DNA from: Mobula hypostoma
Taxonomy: Eukaryota
Assembly (NCBI RefSeq): GCF_963921235.1
Contig: NC_086108.1
Location: forward strand, 76,386,001-76,450,000
DNA length: 64,000 nt
Reading direction: 5' to 3'
Positions 51,748 through 64,000 of the stretch are shown here, piece by piece; the first letter of the stretch is position 1; each line of letters begins with the position of its first letter. The notes under the pieces are model-generated. The model worked only from the letters and a program-made list of their open reading frames with translations. It was not told the DNA's origin and did no database searches. A program made the translations under genes and the position numbers.

Positions 51748-52014
51748 GTAATGCCCTAGTTCATATTTTTTATTGTCATACTGTTCTGTCTTTCATTTTG
51801 TGTTGTTCTGTGCGAGCTGCTTGTTTTCCTCTTATGTGTGGGTTACTGTTGAAGATAAGAGATAGGAGAATTATCTGCCATCCAATTAGAATGGTCAGAT
51901 CAAGAGGAGGTTTCTCTGGTGAGGGACACTAAGGTTGGGCTTGAGGCTTTTGTTAGAGAAAGGTGAAGAGAAACGAGGTCGTAGGATTCAACCAGGAGTG
52001 GGGCCGTGATTCAA
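51748..52014 (+). repeat. 3' LTR, partial
   Basis: gtaatgccctagttcat... aligns to the 5' LTR start and ends abruptly at a CR1 tail. Confidence 0.88.
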
Positions 52015-52242
52015 CACCATAGAACCATAGAACATTACAGCACAGAAAAAGGCCTTTTGGCCCTTCTTGGCTGTACCGAACCATTTTTCTGCCTAGTCCC
52101 ACTGACCTGCACCTGGACCATATTCCTCCATACACCTCCCATCCATGTACCTGTCCAAGTTTTTCTTAAATGTTAAAAGTGAGCTTGCATCTACCACTTC
52201 ATCTGGCAGCTTATTCCAGACTCCCACCACTCTCTGTGTGAA
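52015..52242 (-). mobile_element. CR1 3' fragment
   Basis: FTQRVVGVWNKLP..FKKNLDRYM; tail ccatagaaccatagaac. Confidence 0.88.
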
Positions 52243-52689
52243 AATTTGTGCAGGTCTTCTGCACAAATATAAACACGAGAGTCTCGGAGCAGTATCTATG
52301 CACAAAATTGCTGGCAAAAACTTCAACAGCTAGCCAAGCTTCATTTTCTATGTTTTACCCAAAGACTAACAAGTGGTTTTGATCGTTGTCTTGCTCCTTG
52401 GTGAACGTTTTTGACCATTAAAAAAAATCTAACAACGATTTAAGAAGTCAAGGGAAAATATAACTGGAGCAATTAAGATCGTTCAATAAACTCCAACTGT
52501 TAAAATATCCAAAACATTTAAATCAATTCTGTGTAAATTTCCTCCAGCATTCAAATCATTGGAGGGTTCCTGATGCAGACACAAGTTCTAAATATGCTAG
52601 AGCTGCTAGACTAAAGATACCAAAATTTAGACTGTCACCTTCAGCACTTCATCCAAATCATTATAGAAGGTCTGTAGCTCGTGCTGCAT

Positions 52690-53105
52690 CCAGGATTCTC
52701 AGGACTTTTTTTCATACTATATGATGGAACTGAATTTCTTCTCTGCCATCGGGCAGAAGATACAAAAGCCTGAGAACACTTACCAGGCTCAAAGACAGCT
52801 TGTACCCCACTGTTACCAGACTCTCAAGGACAGGCTCAAGGACAGCTCGTATCCCACTGTTATCAGACTCTGAAGCAGACATCTTCTAAGATGAGATAGA
52901 CTCTTGAGCTCACAATCTACCTCATTGTGATCATGCACTTTGTTTGCCTGCACTGCACTTTCTCTTTACCTTTTACACATGATTCTGCATCGTTATTGCT
53001 TCACTTGTTCTTGCTCAATGCACTGTGTAATGAATTGATCTGTATGAACAGTATGCAAGACAAACGTTTCACTGTATCTTAACATATGTGACAATAACAT
53101 ACCAA
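52690..53105 (+). mobile_element. Rex1/Babar 3' fragment with an internal ~46-bp tandem duplication (~52784-52875)
   Basis: PLPSGRRYKSL; the unit caggctcaa.gacagct.gta.cccactgtta.cagactct occurs twice. Confidence 0.75.
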
Positions 53106-53449
53106 TAATTGTGGAGAACTCATGAGGAAGGGAAGATTGATAATCTGCACAATACATTTGGCTGAATATGGTTACTAATGCTAGATTGTTGCCTTTGACA
53201 CTTCTGATGAAAGCTCCTGGAACCTGTCTCTCACCATTCACAGCAGGATGTAAAGTGAACTACAGGCAGCTTCACTTAGCTCTCCCCATTGTATACTGTT
53301 TCCATTGCTCGGAATGGATAGAGGCCCACACTGCAAGTTCACCAAGTTAGCAGCACATTTAGATACCCTGCTTGTGCTCACAGCATACCTTTCTACAATT
53401 TTTATTGAACGAGGATTAGTCCCAGGACTTGAGAGTGATGGTAGACTAT

Positions 53450-53710
53450 CAAAGTTCAAACTTCAAAGTAAATTTATTATCAAAATACATTTACGTCACC
53501 ATATACTACCCAGCGATTCATTTTCTCGCAGGCATTCACAGTAGATACAAAGGAACACAACAGAATCAATGAAAAACTGTGCACAACAAGGAGAGACAAA
53601 CAACCAATGTGTTACATCAGCAAACAGTGCAAATACAAAAAAGGAAAAAAAGCAAAATAATAATATTAAATAAATAAATAAATAATATTGAGAACTTGAG
53701 TTGTAAACCA
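53450..53710 (-). mobile_element. Rex1/Babar-type 3' tail
   Basis: caaagttcaaacttcaaagtaaatttattatcaaa..., the same tail family as 11040, 15325 and 28670. Confidence 0.7.
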
Positions 53711-53729
53711 TACATATACCACTTGGTAT

Positions 53730-54780
53730 ATGCAAGTCCTGAAGTTACAAACCATGATGGAACCCAATTCTGCTGCTGCTGCTGGCAAACACTGCCCAGA
53801 AGAACCTACTTTGAACAGCCAGTTCTGCGCAGGTCTACCCCATTTAGCGTGGCAGCAGTGCCGAACAATACTGAAGTAGATCCTCAGCGTAAAAGTTCAA
53901 ACTTCTCCAGACTGCAGGAATTGTGGTAGTTACCACTACTAATATTGTCATGAATAGATAAATTAGGCTCTCACCAAAGGCTACCAATTAATACTGGTAG
54001 TTATGTCCTTAAGGATTTACCAATTTAGGCAAAGCTGCCAAGCCACTGATGGGGCAATGAAATCTTTCAGCTAGTATATGTTGTGCTCTCACTCATGTCA
54101 GTGGTCTTACAAGATTTGTTCAGTATGGAGGTATGCTAAATTATTACTAAAGGGTAGATGGTAGGTAGTAATAAGCTCAAGAATTCCTTCACACAACAGA
54201 TTCTGCAGAATCTAGAAATTAACGGTAATAATACAAAATGTTGCAGGAACTTAGCAGGTTAGAGAGAAGCCTTCTTCCCCTTTCCTTTTCAGTCCTGATG
54301 AAGAGTCTCAGCCCGAAACGTTAGATGTTTATTCCTTTCCAATAATGCTGCCTGACCCGATGAGCTCCACCAGCATTGTGTATGTGTTACAAGGTTCCCT
54401 TGCTGACATTTGCCCTGATAGCATGAGACTTCATGTGGCATGAGGTTAATATTAAGAACTTCAAAATCTACTTCTTCCTGCTTGCTTACCACTCTACAGC
54501 TTCCTCTTAAGCATGTGTTCCCCTGACTGGAAAGAACATAGCTAGGGATTGTGATGGAGGAGGCTTGGATGGTGGTTGTAAGACGTGCAAGCATGACAAT
54601 GTCAGGCTGGTGCCTGGTAAATCTGGATGACAAGAACCTGAATTTTGACACTAATGCCCATATGCACATGAGATGGACTTCGCAAGAATTTGCAGTATTT
54701 TTTCTGTATCCATATGTCATGGTTGATGTCAAATAGTTCATCCAGTTTAATCCTCATTGCATTTTGACAGAGAATTGTTT
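53730..54780 (-). mobile_element. Old LINE APE-endonuclease fragment interrupted by a PLE remnant
   Basis: ORF 54289-54741 HQPDIVML...ITIPSYVLS...EVLNIN..PHEVS..Q resembles a CR1/L2-group endonuclease. Confidence 0.55.
54190..54390. mobile_element. PLE terminal-repeat remnant with inverted arrangement and a hammerhead motif at 54290-54326
   Basis: A reverse-oriented PLE end (54190-54260) is followed by forward CAGTC-CTGATGA-AGAGTCTCAGCCC-GAAAC-GTT; helices weakened. Confidence 0.7.
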
Positions 54781-55016
54781 TAAATATAAATACTTGGCTA
54801 TTTTAGAGGAAAGTGAAGAGTCAGCCACATTGTTTTGGTCCTGGATTTACGTAAAAAACTAAACTGGGACAGAAAACTGTTATCAACACCTTCAAAAACA
54901 AGAGCTCCAAAGACACATAATGTTCTAAGCAAAGAAAAACACCTCAACTTCATTGTAAATGGATAAGCCTTTAGTTTAAAAAATATAACCTCTAGCTTAA
55001 GATTCCCCCATAATTT

Positions 55017-56624
55017 GATTATGGAGCATGTTGATATTAAGGGAGAGGAGGTGTTGGAGTTGTTAAAATACATTAGGACAGATAAGTCCCCGGGGCCTGA
55101 CGGAATATTCCCCAGGCTGCTCCACAAGGCGAGAGAAGAGATTACTGAGCCTCTGGCTGGGATCTTTATGTCCTCGTTGTCCACGGGAATGGTACCGGAG
55201 GATTGGAGGGAGGCGAATGTTGTTCCCTTGTTCAAAAAAGGTAGTAGGGATAGTCTGGGTAATTATAGACCAGTGAGCCTTACGTCTGTGGTGGGAAAGC
55301 TGTTGGAAAAGATTCTTAGAGATAGGATCTATAGGCATTTAGAGAATCATGGTCTGATCAGGGACAGTCAGCATGGCTTTGTGAAGGGCAGATCCTGTCT
55401 AACAAGCCTGATAGAGTTCTTTGAGGAGGTGACCAGGCATATAGATGAGGGTAGTGCAGTGGATGTGATCTATATGGATTTTAGTAAGGCATTTGACAAG
55501 GTTCCACATGGTAGGCTTATTCAGAAAGTTAGAAGGCATGGGATCCAGGGAAGTTTGGCCAGGTGGATTCAGAATTGGCTTGCCTGCAGAAGGCAGAGAG
55601 TGGTAGTGGAGGGAGTACATTCAGATTGGAGGATTGTGACTAGTGGTGTCCCACAAGGATCTGTTCTGGGACCTCTACTTTTCGTGATTTTTATGAACGA
55701 CCTGGATGTGGGGGTAGAAGGGTGGGTTGGCAAGTTTGCAGACAACACAAAGGTTGGTGGTGTTGTAGATAGTGTAGAGGATTGTCAAAGATTGCAGAGA
55801 GACATTGATAGGATGCAGAAGTGGGCTGAGAAGTGCCAGATGGAGTTCAACCCGGAGAAGTGTGAGGTGGTACACTTTGGAAGGACAAACTCCAAGGCAG
55901 AGTACAAAGTAAATGGCAGGATACTTGGTAGTGTGGAGGAGCAGAGGGATCTCAGGGTACATGTCCACAGATCCCTGAAAGTTGCCTCACAGGTGGATAG
56001 GGTAGTTAAGAAAGCTTATGGGGTGTTAGCTTTCATAAGTTGAGGGATAGAGTTTAAGAGTCGCGATGTAATGATGCAGCTCTATAAAACTCTGGTTAGG
56101 CCACACTTGGAGTACTGTGTCTAGTTCTGGTCACCTCACTATAGGAAGGATGTGGAAGCATTGGAAAGGGTACAGAGGAGATTTACCAGGATGCTGCCTG
56201 GTTTAGAAAGTATGCATTATGATCAGAGATTAAGGGAGCTAGGGCTTTACTCTTTGGAGAGAAGGAGGATGAGACGAGACATGATAGAGGTGTACAAGAT
56301 AGTAAGAGGAATAGATAGAGTGGATAGCCAGCGCCTCTTCCCCAGGGCACCACTGCTCAATACAAGAGGACATGGCTTTAAGGTAAGGGGAGGGAAGTTC
56401 AAGGGGGATATTAGAGGAAGGTTTTTTACTCAGAGAGTGGTTGGTGCGTGGAATGCACTGCCTGAGTCAGTGGTGGAGGCAGATACACTAGTGAAGTTTA
56501 AGAGACTACTAGACAGGTATATGGAGGAATCTAAGGTGGGGGCTTATATGGGAGGCAGGGTTTGAGGGTTGGCACAACATTGTGGGCCGAAGGGCCTGTA
56601 CTGTGCTGTACTATTCTATGTTCT
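55017..56624 (+). mobile_element. CR1 LINE, 5'-truncated RT and 3' end, inserted into an older antisense CR1 remnant
   Basis: KSPGPDG, NYRPVSLTS, DFSKAFDKV, GVPQGS, KFADN; stops at 56041 and near 56122; tail ctattctatgttct; 7-bp TSD ATAATTT at 55010-55016 and 56625-56631. Confidence 0.95.
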
Positions 56625-57202
56625 ATAATTTCTACCTCAAGATCATATGTATTTGAATCAAGCCATCACTGATTTTTCTAAACTCCAGCAGATACAAGGC
56701 TATCCTGTCTACCCTTTCCTCATAAGGCAACCTATTCATCCCAGGTATCAGTCTGGTACCCTTCTCTGAACTGCTTGCAAAGCATTCACATCCTTTCCTT
56801 AAATATGTAATCCAACACCATACGTAGTATTCCAGATGCTAAGCAGAATCTCCGCTGTAACAAAGACAGAAAATGCTGCAAATACTCATCTGGTTAAATG
56901 ACATATCTGAAAAGAAAACAAGAATTGACATTTCTAGTTGAAATTTCAGCACTACTTCTTTTTGTTTTGATTTCCAGCATCTGTAGTTTTCCTCATTGTT
57001 GCATAACCTCAGTACTTTCAATCCACTTTGCAACAGACAATATTATTACCTTTTCCAATTACTTGTTATACATGCTTACAAATTCTTTGGAAATCATTTA
57101 CCAGCACACACAGATTACTCTGCGTCTGACTTGTGCAGTTGCTGTTCTGATAAAATAATTTTTCTCTCCTGCCAAATTTAAAAATTTTCCCACATTATTC
57201 CA

Positions 57203-57260
57203 AAGGACACACCCCACATTATACATAAGGACACACTCTACATTATACATAAGGACATAC
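57203..57260 (+). repeat. 24-bp tandem repeat, ~2.4 copies
   Basis: aaggacacac(cc/tc)(c/t)acattatacat repeated. Confidence 0.8.
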
Positions 57261-57973
57261 TTCCTTATGTCTTCTTCATGTCAACTCAACTGAAGTTTAT
57301 TGTCATTTAGCTACATAGATGTATGTAATGTATATAGAAATGAGACAATGTTTGCTTGAACCAGGGTGAAAAGCACGTAACACACATAACACATGATATC
57401 TTATGAAGGTATGGATAAGATCTACAGATGAATCACACATAAATAACAAACTAAAGTGCATTAATTAACTGCGTACTGATGCTGGCTTCTCGATTGGAGC
57501 TGAAACATCTGCAAACATTTTGCCAAGCATGGTGATTAACCAAACTTCCAAATAGCTAACCCGAGCTACCAATATTCCGCAATATTTCAAACATTAGTTG
57601 AAGAAACAGGCCTAGCATCATTGTGCCAGGACAAACAAATGCTGAAAATGTTTACTTACTCACTGCCCATTTCCCAAGAATTAGAATGTTTTTGGAATTC
57701 ATTAAGTCGCAAAAACAATTATCTCCGAACAGGAACAAAAAAAAAGGATGGAAAGGCTGATCTGCCTGACTGCAATTTCTTAAAGCTTATAATAAACAAG
57801 ATTCCATGATTGTATTGCTATCAAGCCATAAAGGATAGGAAATAGCACAGTTATTGGTAAAATAGGGCATACTCAAACTCAATCCTCAAAGCCATTATAA
57901 AAAAACTGCCAGAAGTGGCCATGTTCCATGGTTGTAGGTACTCTTTCATTCACTCATCAATTCAAAATAATGA

Positions 57974-58219
57974 GGGGTCGGCACAGTAGCATAGCCGTTA
58001 GCGTAACACTATTATAACACTAACGACCTGGGTTCAATTCCTACTGCTCTCTGTTAGTAATTTGTACATTCTCCCCATGACTGCGTGGGCTTCCTTTGGG
58101 TGTTCCAGTTTCCTTCCACATTCCAAAGACCTGTGGGTCAGTAGATTAATTGGTCACACGAGTGAAAATGGCGCGGGTTCATTGGGCTGGAAGGTGGCCA
58201 TACTGTGTCTCAAAAAAAA
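57974..58219 (+). mobile_element. tRNA-derived V-SINE (HE1-like)
   Basis: A-box-like tagcatagccgttagc, B-box GGGTTCAATTCC, V-domain-like tttgtacattctcccc.tgactgcgtggg..tcc...gggtg.tcc.gtttcc.tccacattccaaagac, A-rich end. Confidence 0.85.
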
Positions 58220-60330
58220 ACTATTGTTCAAAATAATACAATTCATCCACAATGGTAACAATCTTAACAGTTCAATTGTTTAAAAATAAAATCCAGAAAA
58301 TTACTTCATTTATTTTAGGAGAAACAATGCAAGTAAAACGATTGCTGGGCAACACTCTGAATTTCAACATTTGCTGTAGCAGACAGTCTTCAATACAGCA
58401 GTGGATAAGCTGTGTTTACTCAAGCACAGAAAAAAATATCTAACTCAACTGAAAGCCGATTGCAGTAACTAGTCAAGAATAACATCGCCCACTTTGCTGT
58501 CAAATCACAGAATTCATCCTGTAATAGATTCTTACTTAGGAACTCAATTTGATTCAAAAGAGATCCTATTTATCCCAATACATCAAATATTAAACACTTG
58601 TATTACGGAGAATGTCATCAGGGTTCGAAGCTTATATCTCACACAGGCTTCCACCAACAATAACCATCTTAATGTTATCTAAACAAGCCTCATATACCTT
58701 TTCCTCTTATCATTTAAAAAAAATTTGAACTGGTATTACTTTTATTCGAGGTCTTTTTCAATTTTATAAGAAAGGCTTAGTAAAGAAAACGGGAGAAAGG
58801 AAATACGCAAGGAAGCTCACATTTACCAATACCATTCAACAAGAGCAGCCTAGCTTGTCAAAGCAGACGTTCAAAATGAATAGGCATATCTATCCAGCTA
58901 CTGTTGGATTTCGTGTGATACAGTTTCATATTCTGAGATAAAGCCTGATAAGCAATTGCTATCCTGACACAAGTGGCTTGTAGTATTGTTCATATTCCAC
59001 ATCTGCAGAAAGATCCCAATAAAAGGATTTAATTTTAAATGTGACTTCCAACGGGTACTGTTCATTTCCCTTTTCATTTTCACCCAGCCTCTTTCGCCAT
59101 GGCTTTGGATTCTGCCCCATTAGTTTAGTGACTAGCCATCTGAAACATCTTGTGAATCTGGGAGCTTTTCCATTAGTGCCTTTAATATTCTGACACATAA
59201 CATCATGCGAGTCAGCTACTATTACATTCATACACTGAGCACATTCTGAAATTACACTGCAGCGTGTAAGATGGAAACATATAATCAGCTATCTCCATGC
59301 ACTGTGAGCTCAATCAAGAGCACAAGTAAAATGGTCTTATGGATCAGGTTTTCTTTAAACTTAAAAAAACTGTTTTTTTTTGCATCAGAGCAAACTCTGC
59401 ATTATTGTAAGTATCAACTGAGTTGCAGATACCTGCAGTATTCATCTTTTCCCAATACATTTGTATTTGTTTTGCAATATTGAACACCATAATAAAACAA
59501 AATATATTGTGATTAGGTGCTAAATAAAAGCAACTATTCAGTATTTAATATCCATCTGAAGAGATAAAGCCATTCATAGCTGCCAATTATATGCCATTTT
59601 TATAAAGTTGCCAGTACTTTAAAAGAATCAACCGGTATGCTATGCTGCTGGTGGCAGTAGGATCAGTGTCATTAACACAGCTTTGCTGTTCAAGGAGACA
59701 AAACAGTTCAGCTCCAAAGTCAGAAATTCATGAAGAGTACCAAGTCAAACTGAATAGTGTTGTAGCACCAAGCAGTACACATGAAATAGGCTGGTTGGAA
59801 AAATTAGGCTGTTCTCTTATAGGCCTTGCTTTGTCCAGCATTCTCCTCCAGCACAATCTAATTTCTCAAGTGCAGAGTTGTTAAATTTACCTGATACTGA
59901 TTGCTAAATTTTCCCATGAGGTATGTCACTTACGTAACTGCTTTGGGTGCTGAAAGGAGAAAAGGATGTCCATTTTAAGCAAGACAGAGAAAGATTTGGT
60001 GCAGAAGAGTGCACAGTTTTGGGGCTTGTGTTATAACATAGAGTGAGAGTAGTCTGCATTCAGTTCTAGCTGCCCCACTACAGGAAAGATGTAAAGTCTA
60101 TGCAAGTTTCTAGTGAGCTGCCTGGCAGGAAAAGCACTACAGAATGTTTTAAGATTATTACAAGTGATTCCTTTGGCTGAGCAACTGCAGCAAGGGGAGA
60201 AAGATGATTTAGAAAAGATTGATGAGCTACTAATAAATAAAATTAAGGCATCAATTGATGTATCCCTGCACAACAGCAGGGGTTGCACATGGAAATGCTA
60301 TCATGTTGTCAGGGTGTTTGGTGGGTGGTG

Positions 60331-61049
60331 CAGATATCCCACCCTGCAAAAACTCATTTCAGGGAGGTAGCACCATCAATTTGCAGGAGACTTCGGGGAG
60401 AGGTGGGGTGTCTTAGCAGCTGGCCAGCTAGTTTAAATAACGTTAGCTATGCTAATGAATGAATGACACCTGTTAAACTCACCTCAACATGTCTTTTACA
60501 GTCTTAACCCACCCTGGGCAATAGAAAAGTCACTGTTGCAAACAGTGCAGCGAACAACACTGTCATTATTTTTGACCCCTATTAGGCAGGGGTACACTTT
60601 AGCGTAGTCTGGGGTGACGTACATTTTATTTTTTTGGAACGCTGCCACTCTGACTTTTTTTGGAACTCTCTCGCTCTTGCTCTCGCTCTCTATCGCACGC
60701 GCTCTGTCATTCGCGGTCGTTCTCACTCGCGCTTGCTTTCTCACTCTTGCTCTCGCTGCTCGCGCTCGCTTTCTCACTCTTGCTCTCTCTCTTGCACTTG
60801 CTTTCTCACTCTCGGTTGCTCTCGCTCGCGCTCTCGCTTTCTCTCTTGTGGTCGCTCTCACTCGCGCTCGCTCTCTCGCGCTTGCTTTCTTGCTCTTGTG
60901 CTTGCTCTCTCGCTTTCTCTCGTGCGTTCCCTCACGCTTGCTCTCAAAAAATTCAATTTCCGGGACATTGTATATAATTTGCGGGCATCAGGAAGCCACT
61001 ATTAATATGCGGGAGACTCCCGGAACTTCCGGGAGAGGTGGGATGTCTG
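60331..61049 (-). mobile_element. Non-autonomous hAT-type DNA transposon retaining a BED-like zinc-finger exon
   Basis: 13-bp TIRs CAGATATCCCACC and GGTGGGATGTCTG (12/13 match); 6-bp TSD GTGGTG at 60325-60330 and 61050-61055; minus strand VRCTVCNSDFSIAQGG..DCKRHVE followed by GTGAGT. Confidence 0.8.
60667..60945 (+). repeat. Degenerate (CTCGCT)n/(CT)n low-complexity tract inside the DNA transposon
   Basis: Visible repetition of ctcgct/cttgct/ctct units. Confidence 0.9.
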
Positions 61050-61330
61050 GTGGTGGGAGTCAGTTCAGAAGAGCAATGTCTGGTCACAGATCAAAAATAA
61101 AAACTGTGGTTAAATATTGCTCCTAACTTAGTTGGCTGACAGACCAGCCAACAACTTGGAATGACATTCAGAAATTTTCAACTACCATCAATCAAATGCT
61201 TAAACTTTAAAGGATAAAAACACATCCTTAAAAACTCAGATTATGTAAATTACCCCAAAACTTAGCTTTGTTCCTCTCTATTCAAGAATAGGAAGGCATT
61301 TTTCTTGAACTATGCCTAACCTTTCACAAA

Positions 61331-61777
61331 GCTGAAGAAGGATCTCAGACCTGAACCAAACTGTTAGCTGGTTCCTATTCCACATATCCTGACCCACTGA
61401 GCAATTTCAGCATTTTCTGTTTTAATTTCAGATTTCTAGTGCCTTAGTTCAATGGTAAACTGAGTTTCATTTACTGATGAATTTACTGCCACAATTCTTT
61501 CAGGAACACCATCGATGAAGAAGTGATCCTCTGCTCTCAAGCAGGATTTCTATCTGTCCCTTTTACTCTGTTCACGTTTGAGCGTCTCTCTTTCCCTTCC
61601 TTTTCCCAGTTCTGATGAAGGTACCTACAGCTAAATCAGGAAATTCTGTGAAGGTTCTCAGCCCAAAATGTCAACTGTATATTCCTCTCCATAGATGCCG
61701 CCTGGCCTGCTGAGTTTCTCCACCATTTTGTGTGTGTGCTCTGGATTTCCAGAATATGCAGAATCTCTTGTGTGTCT
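61331..61777 (+). mobile_element. Two or three degenerate PLE terminal-repeat remnants with eroded hammerhead motifs
   Basis: CTGAAGAaggatctcagacctgaac (61332), cagttCTGATGAagg (61607), and gaaggttctcagcccaaaatgtcaactg followed by a PLE tail (61650-61777). Confidence 0.6.
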
Positions 61778-62894
61778 GGATGTTTGTAACTACTATGCTC
61801 AATTACAGATTTGCAGGAATAAGAAAATAATGTTAAGAAATATGAGCGAGATTAAGCTTAGGCTCAAGCTCAGATCTATACCTCCATTCAATGGGATCAC
61901 AACAGAGTGGATCTCTGGCCTCAAATCCATTTTCTTGCTCTAACTTGATGACATTTAAATTGGGAATATAAATAGTCGTACATGGACCTGCCAATATTAT
62001 GCACAAAATCAGACCAAGTTGCTTGGAAGGAGAATTCAATATGCAGTCAAAGTCAACTACCTGTAAAGATTAGAGCTTGGTAGCAAACCCCTCCAAACAA
62101 CACAATGTCCATATTTTAATAGTCTATGTTTTTCAGTAATTCGTGAACTCAAATACTTCAAGAAAAATACATTCAAGTACTACTTAAAATAGAAGAGCGG
62201 AAAGGTTAGCAAATATGCTACTGAACAGGTTGAACTGAGGTTCTGAACTAATAATTCAGAAATGTGAACTTAAATCCATGTATGACAGATACCAAATTAA
62301 AAATGATAGGATCGGTAAAAAGTGATCATGAATAACTAGATGGTTACAAAAAAATCCACTTGTATTGCTAATAACCTTTAAAGATGAAAATTGAGTGTTA
62401 TGCCACTGCACTCAGTGCCCCAAAGTCTGAACCTCAAGAAGTCTTGGAACTCTGCACTTGACTGTGTATGCACAGTAGTCCAACAATTCCTGGGGTGCAA
62501 ATGCTAGACAATGACCGATTCCTCTGGAATCAGAATCTACCAGCCAGCATGATTAGGCCCATGACATCAGTAACCTCATTGCTAGGAACAGTGAATAGAA
62601 CAAGGGGATTTGTTTCATTATTTGCTAAAGACATGTTTGTTCTTACTTACATTTACTTCTTTAAGTAATAAAAGACATTCATCCGGGTCTAGAGGTGTTC
62701 AGTTAATGGTGGTTCCTGAAATTAGATTTTTTTGATAACATGTACAACTGAAGGGCCACCTTTATGTCTCTAAAGTGTAAACTACTTCTATGCATCTGAC
62801 AGTGATGGCTGCACTTCACAAAAAAATTACTTGTTGCTGCGCATTAGGATGACCCAAGAACAAAGTATTAATTACTTCTTTTGATCTAAATAAA

Positions 62895-64000
62895 TATGAT
62901 GGGGATGATGGCAGAGCAGGAGTGGCTGAAGTTGCTGGAAATTGTTCACAAGGTGCAGGATAGGTATGATCCAGAGAAGAGGTTGTTCTCAATTGGCAGG
63001 GATAGGCAACCATGGTTGACAATGGAAGTTAAGGACTTCATAAAAGCCAAGGAAAGAGCGTATAATATAGAAAAAGTGAGTGGGAAGTTGGATGATTGGG
63101 AAGCTTTTAAAATCCAACAAAAGGCAATTAAAAAAGCTACAAGAAGGGAAAAGATAAAATATGAGGACAAACTAGCCAATAATATAAAGCAGGAAACTAA
63201 AAGTTTTTTCAGTTATATATGAGTAAAAGGGAGGTGAGGGTTGATATTGAACCACTGAAAAATGATGCTGGTGAGGTAGTAATGGGGAACAAAGAAATGG
63301 CAGATGAACTTAGTGAGTACTTTGCATCAGTCATCACTGTGGAAGCCACTAGCAGTGTGCCAAAGGTTCGTGGGTGTCAGGGAAGAGGAGTGAGTGCCAT
63401 TGCTCTTACAAAGCAAAAAGTGCTCGGCAAACTCAAAAGTTACCTGGACCAGGTGGACCACATCCCAGAGTCCTAAGAGAGGTTTGCTGAAGAGATAACG
63501 GATGCATTGGTCATAGTCGTTCAATAATCACTTGATACTAGCATGGTCCCAGAGGACTGGAAGATTGCAAATGTCACTCCACTCTTTAAGAAGGGAGAAA
63601 GGTGCAAAAATAAAGGAAATTATAGGCCAGGTAGCCTAACCTCAGTGGTTGGGAAAGTGATGGAGTCTATTAATAAGGATGAGTTTTCGGGGTACTTGAA
63701 GACTAATTAAAAAAAAAGTCAAAGTCAGCATGGTTTCTGTAAAGATAAACCATGCCAACAAATCTGGAGCAGTTCTTCAAGGAAGTAACGAGCCGGGTAG
63801 CCAAAGGAGAGGCAGTAGATGTCATTTACTTGGACTCTGAGAAGGTATTTGATAAGGTGCCACACATGAGGCTGCATAACAAGATAAAATCCTATGGTGT
63901 TTCAGGAAATATACTGGCATGGATAGAGGACTGGCTGACAAGCAGGAGAGAATAATGGGGGCCTTTTCTGGTTGGCAGCCAATGACAAGTAGTGTTCCTC
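62895..64000 (+). mobile_element. Degenerate CR1 ORF2 fragment, runs off the window end
   Basis: QPWLT.EVK, KSFFSYI, DWKIANVTPLFKKG, NYRP.SLTSVVGK and DVIYLD..KVFDKVPH. Confidence 0.9.

Larger units (their letters stand above)
45185..52014 (+). mobile_element. Ty3/Gypsy LTR retrotransposon, degenerate provirus with truncated 3' LTR
   Basis: Direct LTRs, PBS, gag with zinc knuckle, and pol in PR-RT-RH-IN order; many stops and frameshifts. Confidence 0.95.

Noticed and set aside
55015..56043. 342-aa RT ORF as a domesticated or active gene
   Set aside because: It is 5'-truncated, the catalytic motif reads FADN instead of FADD, stops follow downstream, and it has an ordinary CR1 tail and TSD.
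57203..57260. CRISPR-like array
   Set aside because: It is a head-to-tail duplication without unique spacers, in a eukaryotic context with no cas genes.
57974..58045. tRNA gene
   Set aside because: The A and B boxes are the head of a SINE; no complete cloverleaf forms and a V-SINE body follows.
60496..61126. Overlapping Arg/Ala- and Leu/Ser-rich ORFs
   Set aside because: They arise from the stop-free (CTCGCT)n tract; only the short zinc-finger part looks like real coding sequence.

Overview
This is vertebrate non-coding DNA, intronic or intergenic. The repeat content suggests a cartilaginous fish, probably a ray; this is inferred from HE1/V-SINE-like elements and abundant CR1, Rex1/Babar and Penelope copies. 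I find no host protein-coding exon, rRNA, true tRNA or CRISPR array. Nearly every long ORF is a disrupted retroelement reading frame or its antisense shadow. The window holds several CR1 LINEs, Rex1/Babar fragments, an RTE fragment and an RTE-derived bipartite element, an I-group (Nimb-like) fragment, a ~6.8 kb degenerate Ty3/Gypsy provirus with a PNMA-like Gag and a tRNA-Pro primer-binding site, a hAT-type deletion derivative, two tRNA-derived SINEs and many Penelope-like element (PLE) copies. The most notable signal is a minimal type I hammerhead ribozyme motif (CUGANGA...GAAAC-GUH with a palindromic helix III) in the PLE terminal repeats. At least six recognisable copies are present, including a ~150-bp near ribozyme-only insertion with its own target-site duplication (TSD). 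Other highlights are a three-level nested insertion, a 52-bp inverted PLE micro-insertion, a chimeric CR1 and two perfect palindromes carrying transcription-factor motifs in a repeat-poor block. Family assignments come from motif recognition by eye, not database searches, and boundaries without a TSD are approximate.
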